From an uncultured bacterium (GTDB taxonomy: Bacteria; Methylomirabilota; Methylomirabilia; Rokubacteriales; DASRDR01), in the NCBI GenBank assembly GCA_964416315.1, contig CAYQDR010000011.1, positions 244 to 64,243 of the forward strand: a DNA stretch of 64,000 nucleotides, given 5' to 3'. How positions within the stretch are numbered: position 1 is the first letter of the stretch; each line of letters begins with the position of its first letter. The notes under the pieces were generated by a model. The model was not told where the DNA came from. It searched no databases and worked only from the letters and a program-made list of their open reading frames with translations. Positions 8,339 through 18,206 of the stretch are shown here, piece after piece. The position numbers were made by a program, and so were the translations under genes.

Positions 8339-9646
8339 TCAGCCGGCACGACCGTCGTCTGGGGGGATCCGGAGGGGGCCGGGCCCGGGCGGGGTGCCCT
8401 CCGCCTCGAAGGGCGTCTCGGCGTCCAGGCGCTGGATGAGGCCGCGAGCGTGCTCGTCGAAGACCGCACGCTCGCGGGCGGGGATGGGATCGCCGGGAGT
8501 GAACTTCTCGTCGAGCGGGTTGACGCGGCGGCCGCTCTTGATCACCTCGTAGTGGAGGTGCGGGCCGGTGCTCCGCCCGGTCGAGCCCACGTAGCCGATC
8601 ACCTGTCGCTGGTTCACACGCGCCCCGGCACGGGCGCTCGGACCGAGCCGGGAGAGGTGCGCGTAGATGGTCTCGTACCCGGAGCGGTGGCGGATCCGGA
8701 CCATGAGGCCGTAGCTGCCATCCCATCCGGCGTGGGACACGACCCCGTCGCCGACCGCCCGGACCGGCGTGCCCGTCGGCGCCGCGTAGTCCACGGCGAG
8801 GTGAGGCATCGTGCCCCCCAGGATGGGGTGCGGGCGCGCGTAGGTGAAGCGGGAGGTGATGCGGGTGAACTCGAGCGGCGACTTGAGGAAGCTCTTGCGG
8901 AGCGACCGGCCGTCCAGGTCGAAGTGGTCGAAGCGGTCGTTGGCGGGCGGGTAGGCGATGCCCGTCAAGGTGCGCTGGGCGCTGGTGTACTGGGCGGCCA
9001 GCACGCGCCCGTAGCTCACGAAGCTCTCGCCGGCGTAGCGCTTCTCCACCAGGAGCCGGAAGCGGTCGCCGCTCCGCGTGTCGGCGGTGAAGTCGAAGTC
9101 CCACTCGAACATGTTGACGAGGGCGAGCACGAGCTGAGGCTGCTCGCTCACCTGGTCGATGGCCTCGAACAGCGAGCGCTCCACCCGCCCCTGCACCCTC
9201 ACCACGCGCACGTCCGGCGTGGTCTCCAGCACCTTGACCGTCCAGCCGTCCTCGCCGGCCACCGCGGCGTAGCCGCGCCACGGGCTCTGCTGCCAATTGA
9301 TGGCCGTGGGCTCGTCGGCCGGGCTCCAGGTGATGTCGATGTTGTCGCCCGGCTTGAGGCGTCGGAGATCGGCCCCGCCCCGGCTGAGCGCGGCGGAAAC
9401 CTCGTGGCCGACCCGTCCCCGCACGCCGGCGCGGGCGAGCACGGCTACCAGATTGTCGCCGCGCTTGACCTGGACCGTCTGCAGCCGGGCGGGCGGAGCC
9501 TCGACCTTGGGCTCGGGCGCGGTGGCCTCCGACGCTGGCGCTGGCGCGCTCACTGACCAGCGATAGCCCAGGGCCGCCAGCCCCAGCGTGAGAGCCGCCA
9601 GCGCGACCACGGTGACCCGGACGCGAGAGGTCATCTCTGCAATCAT
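8339..9646 (-). CDS. M23 family metallopeptidase (LytM/MepM-like murein endopeptidase) with N-terminal membrane anchor
   Basis: C-terminal HxxxD/HxH peptidase M23 motifs (HLAVDYAAPTGTPVRAVGDG...GSTGRSTGPHLHYEV). GGAGGGG sits upstream of ATG 9646. It is embedded in a spurious 1218-aa GC-frame ORF. Confidence 0.8.
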   Translation of the reverse strand: MIAEMTSRVRVTVVALAALTLGLAALGYRWSVSAPAPASEATAPEPKVEAPPARLQTVQVKRGDNLVAVLARAGVRGRVGHEVSAALSRGGADLRRLKPGDNIDITWSPADEPTAINWQQSPWRGYAAVAGEDGWTVKVLETTPDVRVVRVQGRVERSLFEAIDQVSEQPQLVLALVNMFEWDFDFTADTRSGDRFRLLVEKRYAGESFVSYGRVLAAQYTSAQRTLTGIAYPPANDRFDHFDLDGRSLRKSFLKSPLEFTRITSRFTYARPHPILGGTMPHLAVDYAAPTGTPVRAVGDGVVSHAGWDGSYGLMVRIRHRSGYETIYAHLSRLGPSARAGARVNQRQVIGYVGSTGRSTGPHLHYEVIKSGRRVNPLDEKFTPGDPIPARERAVFDEHARGLIQRLDAETPFEAEGTPPGPGPLRIPPDDGRAG

Positions 9647-9847
9647 AACCGGGCCACCCCTCCGGCAAACCCGGTAATTGCGAGGTGTCCGCTGGGCGCG
9701 CGGGATCATTTCCCGCCCCCTCCGCGGCCGCAGACTCGCAGGCGTAGGGCGCATAGGCCGTTGACAAGACCGCCGCGCCCCGCATAGACTGCGCCCACGA
9801 TCGCTCGTGACCGTGCTCTTGCCCACTGTCCACGAGGAGGTGTCCCG

Positions 9848-11932
9848 ATGTCTAACCCCCGAAAGTCCGTGACCCGGCGCGAGTTTCTCCTGGACGCGGC
9901 GCTGGCGACGGGAACCGTCGCCCTCGGCGCTGTCGCGGGCGTGCCCACGGCGTTCGGCCAGGCGGCCAAGCCCGCCGAGCCGAAGCTCGGCGCCCAGCTC
10001 ATCGGCAAGCTGGAGGGGCCCGAGCTGGTCCTGGATCCCGCCAAGTGGCCGAAGAAGTTCAACGAGGCGCCGATGCTGGCGGAGCTCGTCAAGGCGGGCA
10101 AGCTCCCACCCGTCGAGAAGCGCGTGCCCGCCGAGCCGCTGGTCATCAAGCCGGTCCACTCGATCGGCCGCTACGGCGGCACCTGGCGGCGCGGGTTCAC
10201 CGGCCCCGGGGACCAGGAGAACGGCAACCGCATCGTCTCCGCCGACAAGCTCCTCTTCTGGGAGTACACCGGGACGAAGGTCATGCCGTGCGTCGCGCGG
10301 CAGTGGATCCTTGCCGACGACGGGAAGTCGGTGACCCTCTACCTCCGCAAGGGGCACAGGTGGTCGGACGGCCAACCGTTCACCGCGGACGATTTCGTGT
10401 TCTGGTACGAGGACGTCTACCTCGACAAGAGCCTCGTCCCCACGCCGCACCCGGACTTCATGATCAGCGGCAAGTCCGGGGTCATCAAGAAGATCGACGA
10501 GACGACCGTCCTCTTCGAGTTCCCCGAGCCGAACTACCTGTTCCTCGACATCCTGGCGGGCAGCACGGCGATGGGCGGCGGCCAGGCGCTCTGGCAGATG
10601 GCCGGCCGCGCGATGGGCGCCTACACGCCGGCGCACTACATCAAGCAGTTCCACCCGAAGTACATCGGGATGGACGAGGCCATCCGGAAGGCGAAGGCGG
10701 CCGGCTTCGACGGCTGGGTCGCCTACATCAAGAGCCGGTGGGACTGGACGCTCAACCCCGAGCTGCCGGTCCTGACGCCCTGGAAGGTGGTGACGCCCAT
10801 CAACAACCCGACCTGGGTGATGGAGCGGAACCCCTATTTCTACGAGGTGGACACGGCGGGGAACCAGCTCCCGTACATCGACCGCCTCCAGATGACCCTC
10901 GCCGAGAACCTCGAGGTCCTGAACCTCCGGGCCATCGGGGGCCAGTACGACGTCCAGGAGCGGCACACCGCGATGACGAAGCTTCCGGTGTTCCTGGAGA
11001 ACCGGGACAAGGTGGGGTATGACGTCCGGCTCGACCCCGCGCTGAACGGCTCCGACGCCACGCTCCAGGTCAACCAGGCGTACGAAGCCGACCCCGAGAT
11101 CGCGAAGTGGCTGCACACCGCCGACTTCCGGCGGGCGCTGTCGATGGGGATCGACCGCGACCAGCTCAACGAGACGTTCTGGCTCGGGATCGGGGTGCCC
11201 GGCTCCACCGCCCCCAGCGAGACCACGCCCTACAGCCCGGGGCCGGAGTGGCGGAAGAAGTGGTCCACCCTCGACGTCAAGCAGGCCAACGCGCTGCTCG
11301 ACAAGGTCGGGCTCGGGAAGAAGGACGGCGAGGGCTACCGCCTCCGGACCGACGGCAAGGGCCGCCTCCGGATCGAGCTCCTGACCTCGGCCGGCGCCTT
11401 CATCCCCCACGTCCAGATCGCCGAGATGATCAAGGAGCAGTGGAAGAAGATCGGGATCCAGGCCGACGTGAAGGAGGTCGAGCGGAGCCTCTACTTCACC
11501 CGCATCCGCGGGAACGAGCACCAGATCGCCATCTGGGCGAACGACGGCACGGAGCTCCTCTACCTGTTCCCCCGCCACGGCCTGCCGGTGGATCCGGCCG
11601 AGGCCCACCTCGGGCACCCGATCGCCGACTGGTATGCCTCGGGGGGCGCGAAGGGGAAGGCGCCGAAGGATCCCCAGCTCCTGAAAGCCCTCGAGCTGTT
11701 CCGGTCGGCGAACGGCAAGAAGCTGCCGGAGCGGATCAAGATCGCCCAGGAGATCTTCAAGATCATGGTGGACGGGCAGTACTCCATCGGGACCGTCGGC
11801 CAGTCGCCGGCGACGATGGGCGTCCGGATCGTGAGCCGGAAGATGGGGAACATTCCCTCCCGGCAGATCAACGCCCAGCACGCGCGGACGCCGGGCACCT
11901 CCCAGCCGTCCACCTTCTACTTCAAGGCGTAG
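9848..11932 (+). CDS. ABC transporter substrate-binding protein, family 5 (DppA/OppA/NikA-like), Tat signal peptide
   Basis: Twin-arginine motif TRREFLLDAALATG. Length 694 aa. GAGGAGG SD. Confidence 0.9.
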   Translation: MSNPRKSVTRREFLLDAALATGTVALGAVAGVPTAFGQAAKPAEPKLGAQLIGKLEGPELVLDPAKWPKKFNEAPMLAELVKAGKLPPVEKRVPAEPLVIKPVHSIGRYGGTWRRGFTGPGDQENGNRIVSADKLLFWEYTGTKVMPCVARQWILADDGKSVTLYLRKGHRWSDGQPFTADDFVFWYEDVYLDKSLVPTPHPDFMISGKSGVIKKIDETTVLFEFPEPNYLFLDILAGSTAMGGGQALWQMAGRAMGAYTPAHYIKQFHPKYIGMDEAIRKAKAAGFDGWVAYIKSRWDWTLNPELPVLTPWKVVTPINNPTWVMERNPYFYEVDTAGNQLPYIDRLQMTLAENLEVLNLRAIGGQYDVQERHTAMTKLPVFLENRDKVGYDVRLDPALNGSDATLQVNQAYEADPEIAKWLHTADFRRALSMGIDRDQLNETFWLGIGVPGSTAPSETTPYSPGPEWRKKWSTLDVKQANALLDKVGLGKKDGEGYRLRTDGKGRLRIELLTSAGAFIPHVQIAEMIKEQWKKIGIQADVKEVERSLYFTRIRGNEHQIAIWANDGTELLYLFPRHGLPVDPAEAHLGHPIADWYASGGAKGKAPKDPQLLKALELFRSANGKKLPERIKIAQEIFKIMVDGQYSIGTVGQSPATMGVRIVSRKMGNIPSRQINAQHARTPGTSQPSTFYFKA

Positions 11933-11950
11933 CAGCCACCTCGGCAGGAA

Positions 11951-11980
11951 CTCCCTCTCCCCTGCCCGGGGGAGAGGGAG
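11951..11980. repeat. GC-rich palindromic element CTCCCTCTCCCC-tgcccg-GGGGAGAGGGAG (12-bp stem) in the dppA-dppB intergenic region
   Basis: Read directly from the sequence. Member of a family with copies at 14163, 25825, 27047, 31991, 51476. Confidence 0.6.
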
Positions 11981-11996
11981 TACCATCGTCCCCACG

Positions 11997-12989
11997 ATGC
12001 TGGCCTACCTTTTCCAACGGCTGATCCTCGCGATCCTGACCTGCTGGGCCATCTCGGTCCTCGCCTTCGTCATCATCCAGCTCCCGCCGGGCGACTACAT
12101 CACGTCGTACATCGCCCAGATGTCCGCCTCGGGCGGCTTCGTCTCCGAGCAGGAGGTCGAGGCGCTCCGCCGGGAGTACGGGCTCGATCAGCCGCTGTGG
12201 TTCCAGTACCTCCGCTGGATGAAGATGGTGATGCAGGGCCGGTTCGGCATGGCCCTCGAATGGAAGCGCCCCGTCTCGGAGGTCATCGGGGACCGACTGT
12301 GGCTGACCATGGTCGTCTCCGTGGCGGCCATCGTCCTGACCTGGGCGCTGGCGCTCCCCATCGGCATCTATTCCGCCGTCCGCCAGTACTCGGTCGGCGA
12401 CTACGTGGCGACGTTCGTCGGGTTCATCGGCCTGGCCGTCCCGAGCTTCATGCTGGCCCTGGTCCTCATGTATTTCAGCTTCACCCTGTTTGGCGCCAAC
12501 ATCGGCGGGCTCTTCTCGGACGAGTTCGTCGAGGCGCCGTGGAGCTTCGCGAAGGCCTGGGACCTCCTCAAGCACCTGCCGCTCCCGGCGCTCATCCTCG
12601 GGCTCGCAGGCACCGCCCAGCTCATCCGGATCATGCGGGCGAACCTGCTGGACGAGCTCCGGAGGCCCTACGTCGTGACCGCTCGCGCGCGCGGGCTCGC
12701 CGAGACGCGGGTGATCGTCAAGTACCCCGTCCGCGTGGCCCTGAACCCCTTCGCCAGCACGATCGGCTATCTGCTGCCCTATGTGGTGTCCGGGAGCATC
12801 ATCGTGTCGCTGGTGCTCAGCCTGCCGACCGTCGGGCCGCTCCTCCTGCGGGCCCTCGTGGCCCAGGACATGTTCCTGGCGGGGACGATCGTGCTCCTCC
12901 TTGGCGTCATGACGGTCATTGGCACCTTCCTGTCGGACCTCCTCCTCATGTGGATCGACCCCCGCATCCGCCTGGAGGGGAAGAAATAG
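11997..12989 (+). CDS. ABC transporter permease, DppB/OppB family
   Basis: MLAYLFQRLILAIL... typical N-terminus. Conserved LRRPYVVTARARGL near the C-terminus. Confidence 0.9.
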   Translation: MLAYLFQRLILAILTCWAISVLAFVIIQLPPGDYITSYIAQMSASGGFVSEQEVEALRREYGLDQPLWFQYLRWMKMVMQGRFGMALEWKRPVSEVIGDRLWLTMVVSVAAIVLTWALALPIGIYSAVRQYSVGDYVATFVGFIGLAVPSFMLALVLMYFSFTLFGANIGGLFSDEFVEAPWSFAKAWDLLKHLPLPALILGLAGTAQLIRIMRANLLDELRRPYVVTARARGLAETRVIVKYPVRVALNPFASTIGYLLPYVVSGSIIVSLVLSLPTVGPLLLRALVAQDMFLAGTIVLLLGVMTVIGTFLSDLLLMWIDPRIRLEGKK

Positions 12990-13033
12990 CCGACCCGGGG
13001 GCCGTCCTCGAGCCCCCCGTCCGGAAGGGCGGG

Positions 13034-14146
13034 GTGGAGCTGCCGGCGACGGTGGTCGAGGAGCGGATCTCCGTCGCCACCCAGTGGCAGCTCATGTGGT
13101 GGCGGTTCCGGCGCCACCGCCTCGCGCTCGCGGGGACCGCCGTGGTCGCGCTCTTCTACCTCGTCGTCCTGTTCGCCGACTTCCTTGCCTACGCGGTCCC
13201 CACGGCCTCGGAGGCCCAGCGCTCCCTGCTGCCGCCCCAGGGCATCCGCTTCTTCGACGATGGGCGCTGGCGCCCGCACGTCTTAGGCCTGGCCGGGAGG
13301 CGCGACCCGGTGACCCTCAAGCGGGTCTACACGCCGGACCCGGAGCGGAAGATCCCCGTGCGGTTCTTCGCGCACGGCTTCGAGTACCGGTTCCTCGGCC
13401 TGATCCCGACGGACCGCCACCTCCTCGGGGTCGAGGACGCCGCGCCGGAGGAATCGCTCTTCCTTCTCGGCACCGACGAGCAGGGGCGCGACCTCTGGTC
13501 GCGCCTCGTGTACGCCACGCGCACGTCGCTCTTGATCGGCCTCGCCGGGGTCGCGCTCTCCCTCGTCCTCGGCATCGTGCTGGGCGGGATCTCCGGGCTC
13601 TACGGCGGTGCGATCGACACGCTGATCCAGCGCGTCATCGAGATCCTCCGCTCGATCCCGACCATCCCGCTCTGGATGGGGCTGGCGGCCGCCCTGCCCA
13701 ACGACTGGACGGTCGTCCAGGTCTACTTCGCCATCACGATCATCATCTCGCTCGTCGGCTGGACGGAGCTGGCGCGGGTCGTGCGCGGCCGCTTCCTCTC
13801 GCTTCGGGAGGAGGACTTCGTGATGGCCGCCGAGCTGGCGGGGTGCAGCCAGGCGCGCATCATCCTCACGCATCTCGTGCCGTCGTTCCTCTCGCACATC
13901 ATCGCGGCGACGACGCTGGCCATCCCGGCCATGATCATCAGCGAGACGTCGCTCTCCTTCCTGGGCCTCGGGCTCCGGCCGCCGGCCATCAGCTGGGGCG
14001 TGCTGCTCCAGCAGGCGCAGAACATCCAGGCCCTGGCCATCTCGCCGTGGCTCCTGATCCCGGCGATCCCGGTGACCATCGTCATCCTCGCCTTCAACTT
14101 CATGGGCGACGGACTGCGGGATGCCGCCGACCCCTATGGGCAGTAA
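13034..14146 (+). CDS. ABC transporter permease, DppC/OppC family with N-terminal extension
   Basis: LGTDEQGRDLWSRLVYA...[17 protein letters not shown] 13034 is preceded by GAAGGG. It lies inside a 649-aa read-through ORF. Confidence 0.8.
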   Translation: MELPATVVEERISVATQWQLMWWRFRRHRLALAGTAVVALFYLVVLFADFLAYAVPTASEAQRSLLPPQGIRFFDDGRWRPHVLGLAGRRDPVTLKRVYTPDPERKIPVRFFAHGFEYRFLGLIPTDRHLLGVEDAAPEESLFLLGTDEQGRDLWSRLVYATRTSLLIGLAGVALSLVLGIVLGGISGLYGGAIDTLIQRVIEILRSIPTIPLWMGLAAALPNDWTVVQVYFAITIIISLVGWTELARVVRGRFLSLREEDFVMAAELAGCSQARIILTHLVPSFLSHIIAATTLAIPAMIISETSLSFLGLGLRPPAISWGVLLQQAQNIQALAISPWLLIPAIPVTIVILAFNFMGDGLRDAADPYGQ

Positions 14147-15188
14147 CCCCCTCACCATCCCCTCTCCCCCGGCGGGAGAGAAGGAGAGCCGGCCGATCCT
14201 GGAGGTCCGCGACCTCTGCACCTACTTCTTCACCGACGAGGGGACGGTCAAGGCCGTGGACGGCGCGAGCTTCGACGTCCATCCGCGGCGGACGCTCGGG
14301 ATCGTGGGGGAGTCGGGCTGCGGGAAGAGCGTGACGGCGCGCTCCATCCTCCGGATCGTCGAGCGTCCGGGGCGGATCGTCTCCGGCACGGTCCTCCTCC
14401 GGCGGAACGGCCCCGGGGCGGAGGGGGTGGACCTCACCCGGCTCGACCCGGCCGGGTCCGAGATGCGGCAGATCCGCGGCGGCGACATTTCGCTCGTCTT
14501 TCAGGAGCCGATGACGTCCTTCAGCCCCGTCCACACGATCGGCAACCAGATGGTCGAGACGATCCGGCTCCACCAGGGGCTCTCGAAGAACGACGCGCGC
14601 GACAAGGCGGTCGAGACGCTGCGCCTGGTCGGGATCCCCCGGCCCGAGCGCCGCGTGGGCGAGTACGCCTTCCAGCTCAGCGGCGGCCTGCGCCAGCGCG
14701 CCATGATCGCCCTCGCGCTGTCGTGCGGTCCCCGCGTCCTCATCGCCGACGAGCCGACGACGGCCCTCGACGTCACGACGCAGGCCCAGATTCTCGACCT
14801 CCTGCGCCGCCTCCAGGACGAGGAGGGGATGGGGATCATCCTCATCACCCACAACCTCGGCGTGATCGCCGAGATGTGCGACACGGTCGTCGTCATGTAC
14901 CTCGGGCGCGTGGTGGAGGAGGGACCGGTGGACGCGATCTTTCACGCCCCGAAGCACCCCTACACCCGGGCGCTGCTGCGCTCGATCCCCTCGATCCACG
15001 CCCCCGTCCGTACCCGGCTGCCCGTGATCACGGGCTCGATCCCGCACCCCTACAACCGGCCCGCGGGGTGCCCGTTCCACCCGCGCTGCCCCGACTTCAT
15101 GCCCGGCACCTGCGACCGCGCGGAGCCCGCCCTCGAGCCCGCGGGCGACGGGCAGGCCGTGAGCTGCTTCCTCTACCGCGCCCCATGA
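14121..15188 (+). CDS. ABC transporter ATP-binding protein, DppD/OppD family
   Basis: Walker A GESGCGKS, signature LSGGLRQR, C-terminal oligopeptide-ABC domain (CPFHPRCP). Start may be ATG 14136 instead. Confidence 0.85.
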   Translation: MPPTPMGSNPLTIPSPPAGEKESRPILEVRDLCTYFFTDEGTVKAVDGASFDVHPRRTLGIVGESGCGKSVTARSILRIVERPGRIVSGTVLLRRNGPGAEGVDLTRLDPAGSEMRQIRGGDISLVFQEPMTSFSPVHTIGNQMVETIRLHQGLSKNDARDKAVETLRLVGIPRPERRVGEYAFQLSGGLRQRAMIALALSCGPRVLIADEPTTALDVTTQAQILDLLRRLQDEEGMGIILITHNLGVIAEMCDTVVVMYLGRVVEEGPVDAIFHAPKHPYTRALLRSIPSIHAPVRTRLPVITGSIPHPYNRPAGCPFHPRCPDFMPGTCDRAEPALEPAGDGQAVSCFLYRAP

Positions 15189-16207
15189 GCCAGGCGAACG
15201 GCGCGCCCCTCCTGGACGTCCGGGGCCTCCGGAAGTTCTTCCCGATCCAGAAGGGGTTCCTCCGGCGGGTCGTCGGGCACGTGCGTGCCGTGGACGACGT
15301 GAGCTTCGCCGTCCGGAAGGGGGAGACGCTGTCGCTCGTCGGGGAGTCGGGCTGCGGCAAGACGACGACCGCCCGCTGCATCCTCCGGGCGCTCGCGCCC
15401 ACGGCGGGGGAGATCCGCTTCCGGGCCGGCGATGGCGCGGTGGTGGACGTCGCGCGCCTGTCGAAGCGCCAGCTCCGCCCGCTCCGGCGCCAGATGCAGA
15501 TGATCTTCCAGGACCCGTTCTCGTCCCTGAACCCGCGGCGGACCCTCCTCGACATCGTCGCCGAGCCGCTGGTGGCCAACGGGCTCGGGACCCGCCGGGA
15601 GCGGATCGACCGCGTCGCGGAGCTCCTGCCCCTGGTCGGCCTGCGTCCCGAGTACATGCGGCGCTACCCTCACGCCTTCAGCGGCGGCCAGCGCCAGCGG
15701 GTCGGCATCGCCCGGGCCCTCGCCCTGAACCCGAGTCTCGTGGTCGCCGACGAGCCCGTCTCGGCCCTCGACGTCTCGGTGCAGGCGCAGATCCTGAACC
15801 TGATGCTCGACCTCCAGGCGCAGCTCGGGCTCACGTACCTGTTCGTCGCGCACGACCTCTCGGTGGTCAAGCACGTGAGCGACCGGGTCGCCGTGATGTA
15901 CGTCGGCCGGATCGTCGAGGTCGCCGAGACGCAGGCGCTCTTCACGGCGCCGCTCCACCCGTACACGGAGGCGCTGCTCTCCGCGGTGCCGAAGCCCGAC
16001 CCCCGGCTGCGCGCCCGGCGGATCGTGCTCGAGGGCGAGGTCGCGGACGCGGCCCACCCACCGGCCGGCTGCTATTTCCACCCCCGCTGCCCCTACGCGG
16101 TCGAGCGCTGCCGCGTCGAGACGCCGGCGCTCGCGGAGGCCCGGCCGGGCCACCTCGTGAGCTGCCATCGGGCGGGGGAGCTCACGCTCCGGGGCGTCAG
16201 CGCGTAG
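15185..16207 (+). CDS. ABC transporter ATP-binding protein, DppF/OppF family
   Basis: Walker [10 protein letters not shown], signature [13 protein letters not shown] overlap with the upstream stop. Confidence 0.85.
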   Translation: MSQANGAPLLDVRGLRKFFPIQKGFLRRVVGHVRAVDDVSFAVRKGETLSLVGESGCGKTTTARCILRALAPTAGEIRFRAGDGAVVDVARLSKRQLRPLRRQMQMIFQDPFSSLNPRRTLLDIVAEPLVANGLGTRRERIDRVAELLPLVGLRPEYMRRYPHAFSGGQRQRVGIARALALNPSLVVADEPVSALDVSVQAQILNLMLDLQAQLGLTYLFVAHDLSVVKHVSDRVAVMYVGRIVEVAETQALFTAPLHPYTEALLSAVPKPDPRLRARRIVLEGEVADAAHPPAGCYFHPRCPYAVERCRVETPALAEARPGHLVSCHRAGELTLRGVSA

Positions 16208-16330
16208 TGCGGGCCCAATTAACTTCGCCTGGCGTCGTCCTCGGTCGTCGGCGGACCTCAACGTATGCGGCATACGCCTCGGCCCGCCTCCTCCCTGCGT
16301 CCTAGCCATACTCGTTACTTGGCCCCGCAC
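16206..16330 (+). mobile_element. 125-bp element with ~10-bp terminal inverted repeats (GTGCGGGCCC...GGCCCCGCAC) and an internal perfect palindrome CGTATGC-G-GCATACG; copy A
   Basis: Starts at the TAG stop of dppF. About 97% identical to the reverse complement of 33688-33813. Confidence 0.6.
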
Positions 16331-16386
16331 CGTCCGCGACCACGCCTGACCGGGCCCGCGGTCGGGCTGCGCGCATCGGCCGGACC

Positions 16387-17619
16387 GTGAGCCCCATCGC
16401 CTCGCCGTTCGTCGCCCTCCAGCACCGGAACTTCCGCCTCCTCTGGGCGGGCCAGCTCTTCTCCATGTCCGGCTCGATGATGCAGACCGCGGCGATCCTC
16501 TGGCACGTCTCGCTCCTGGTCCCGCCGGAGCGCCGAGGCCTCGCCCTCGGCCTCGTCGGGCTCGTCCGCCTCGTCCCGATCGTCTCGCTCTCGCTCGTGA
16601 GCGGGGTCGTGGCGGACGCCGTCGACCGCCGCCGCTTGATGGTCGCCACGCAGTGCGGCATGGCGCTGGTCGCCGCGGTCCTCGCCGTCCTGACGTTCCG
16701 CGGGCTCGACGCCGTGTGGCCGATCTACGTCCTGGCGGCGTTGAGCTCGGCCGCCGCCTCGTTCGACGTGCCGGCGCGGCAGGCCTTCGTCCCGAACCTG
16801 GTCCCGCGCGAGCACCTCCCGAACGCCATCAGCCTGAACACGATCATGTTCCAGGCGGCCTCGGTCGTCGGTCCCTCGCTCGGCGGCGTGGTGATCGCGG
16901 TGCTCGGGGTCGGGTGGGTGTACGCGGTCAACGCGCTCTCGTTCCTCGTGGTGATCGGCTCGCTCCTCGCCATGCGCGGCGTTGTCTCGCGCGAGCGGCG
17001 GGAGGCGGGAGAGATCAGCCTCCGCGCGGCGGCGGACGGCCTGCGCTTCGCCTTCGCGTCGCCGCTGATCCGCTCGACGATGCTGCTCGACTTCCTGGCG
17101 ACGTTCTTCGCGTCGGCGACGGCGCTCCTGCCCATCTTCGCGCAGGACATCCTGGCCGTCGGGGCGCGCGGCTACGGCTGGCTCTATGCCGCGCCCTCGG
17201 TCGGCGCCGTCGTGGCGAGCCTGGCGATGGTGCGGGTCATGGGCGACATCGAGCACCGCGGGCGCGTGCTGCTGTGGGCCGTCGCGGGCTACGGGCTCGC
17301 CACGGTCCTCTTCGGCCTCTCGCGCGAGTTCTGGCTCACGTTCGTGTGCCTCGCCCTGACGGGCGCGACGGACACCGTCAGCATGGTGATCCGCAACGTG
17401 ATCCGCCAGCTCGAGACGCCGGATCACCTGCGCGGCCGCGTGGGGAGCGTCGGGATGCTCTTTTTCATGGGCGGGCCCCAGCTCGGGGAGCTCGAGGCCG
17501 GCCTGGTCGCCGACTGGCTCGGGGCGCCGGGGTCGGTGGTGACGGGGGGGCTCGGGAGCCTCGTGACGACGGCCTGGATCGCCGCGGCGACGCCGGCGCT
17601 GCGGCGGTACCGCCGGTGA
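16387..17619 (+). CDS. MFS transporter (enterobactin-exporter EntS-like family)
   Basis: HRNFRLLWAGQLFSMSGSMMQ N-terminus typical of this MFS subfamily. 12-TM hydrophobic profile. Confidence 0.8.
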   Translation: MSPIASPFVALQHRNFRLLWAGQLFSMSGSMMQTAAILWHVSLLVPPERRGLALGLVGLVRLVPIVSLSLVSGVVADAVDRRRLMVATQCGMALVAAVLAVLTFRGLDAVWPIYVLAALSSAAASFDVPARQAFVPNLVPREHLPNAISLNTIMFQAASVVGPSLGGVVIAVLGVGWVYAVNALSFLVVIGSLLAMRGVVSRERREAGEISLRAAADGLRFAFASPLIRSTMLLDFLATFFASATALLPIFAQDILAVGARGYGWLYAAPSVGAVVASLAMVRVMGDIEHRGRVLLWAVAGYGLATVLFGLSREFWLTFVCLALTGATDTVSMVIRNVIRQLETPDHLRGRVGSVGMLFFMGGPQLGELEAGLVADWLGAPGSVVTGGLGSLVTTAWIAAATPALRRYRR

Positions 17620-17623
17620 CCGC

Positions 17624-18127
17624 GTGAAGATGCCGGTCAAGACGAACGCCGCGCGAATGCTGGAGGCGCGCGGCATCGCGTACCGCGCCACGGTCTACGA
17701 TCCCTCGGGCGCCTTCCACTCGGCCGACGAGGCCGCGGAGCTCCTGGGCGCGCCGGCGGAGGCGGTCTACAAGACGCTCGTGGTGCTCCGCGAGACGATC
17801 CGCCGGGAGCGACCGCTGCTCGTTCTCGTCCCATCCCGCGCCCAGCTCGATCTGAAGCTCCTCGCCCGCGGGCTCGGCGAGAAGAAGGTGCGCATGGCGA
17901 CCCAGCGCGAGGCCGAGGCGTTGACGGGCTTGCAGGTCGGCGGGATCTCCGCCCTGGCGGTCCGCCAGGGCGCCTTCGACGTCTACCTCGACGAGAGCGC
18001 CCGCGCGCGGGAGACGATCCACGTCAGCGCGGGCGTCCGCGGCGTGGACTTCGAGCTCCGGGTGGCCGATCTGGTCGCCGTCACGGGGGCGCGCTGGCTC
18101 CGCGCAGTTTCTGATTACGCTTGGTGA
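17624..18127 (+). CDS. ybaK: Cys-tRNA(Pro)/Cys-tRNA(Cys) deacylase, YbaK family
   Basis: MKMPVKTNAARMLEARGIAYRATVYD...VYKTLVV matches the YbaK/ProX deacylase family. Confidence 0.75.
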   Translation: MKMPVKTNAARMLEARGIAYRATVYDPSGAFHSADEAAELLGAPAEAVYKTLVVLRETIRRERPLLVLVPSRAQLDLKLLARGLGEKKVRMATQREAEALTGLQVGGISALAVRQGAFDVYLDESARARETIHVSAGVRGVDFELRVADLVAVTGARWLRAVSDYAW

Positions 18128-18206
18128 AGCCGCGCTCGAACTTGTCGGTCAACCTGGGAGGGGAGTTCTGGAGGGTCCGGTTTGGGGCGGCCGAGCGGTG
18201 GTTCGA

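Noticed and set aside
8339-11995. 1218-aa minus-strand ORF spanning the M23 peptidase and antisense to dppA (and many similar long ORFs, for example 16315-17691, 3117-4094, 12197-14146 as a single 649-aa protein, 5983-7410 as 475 aa)
   Set aside because: Typical stop-poor alternative frames of 70% GC DNA, rich in R/G/P/A. Only the segments with recognisable domains and SD-preceded starts were kept.
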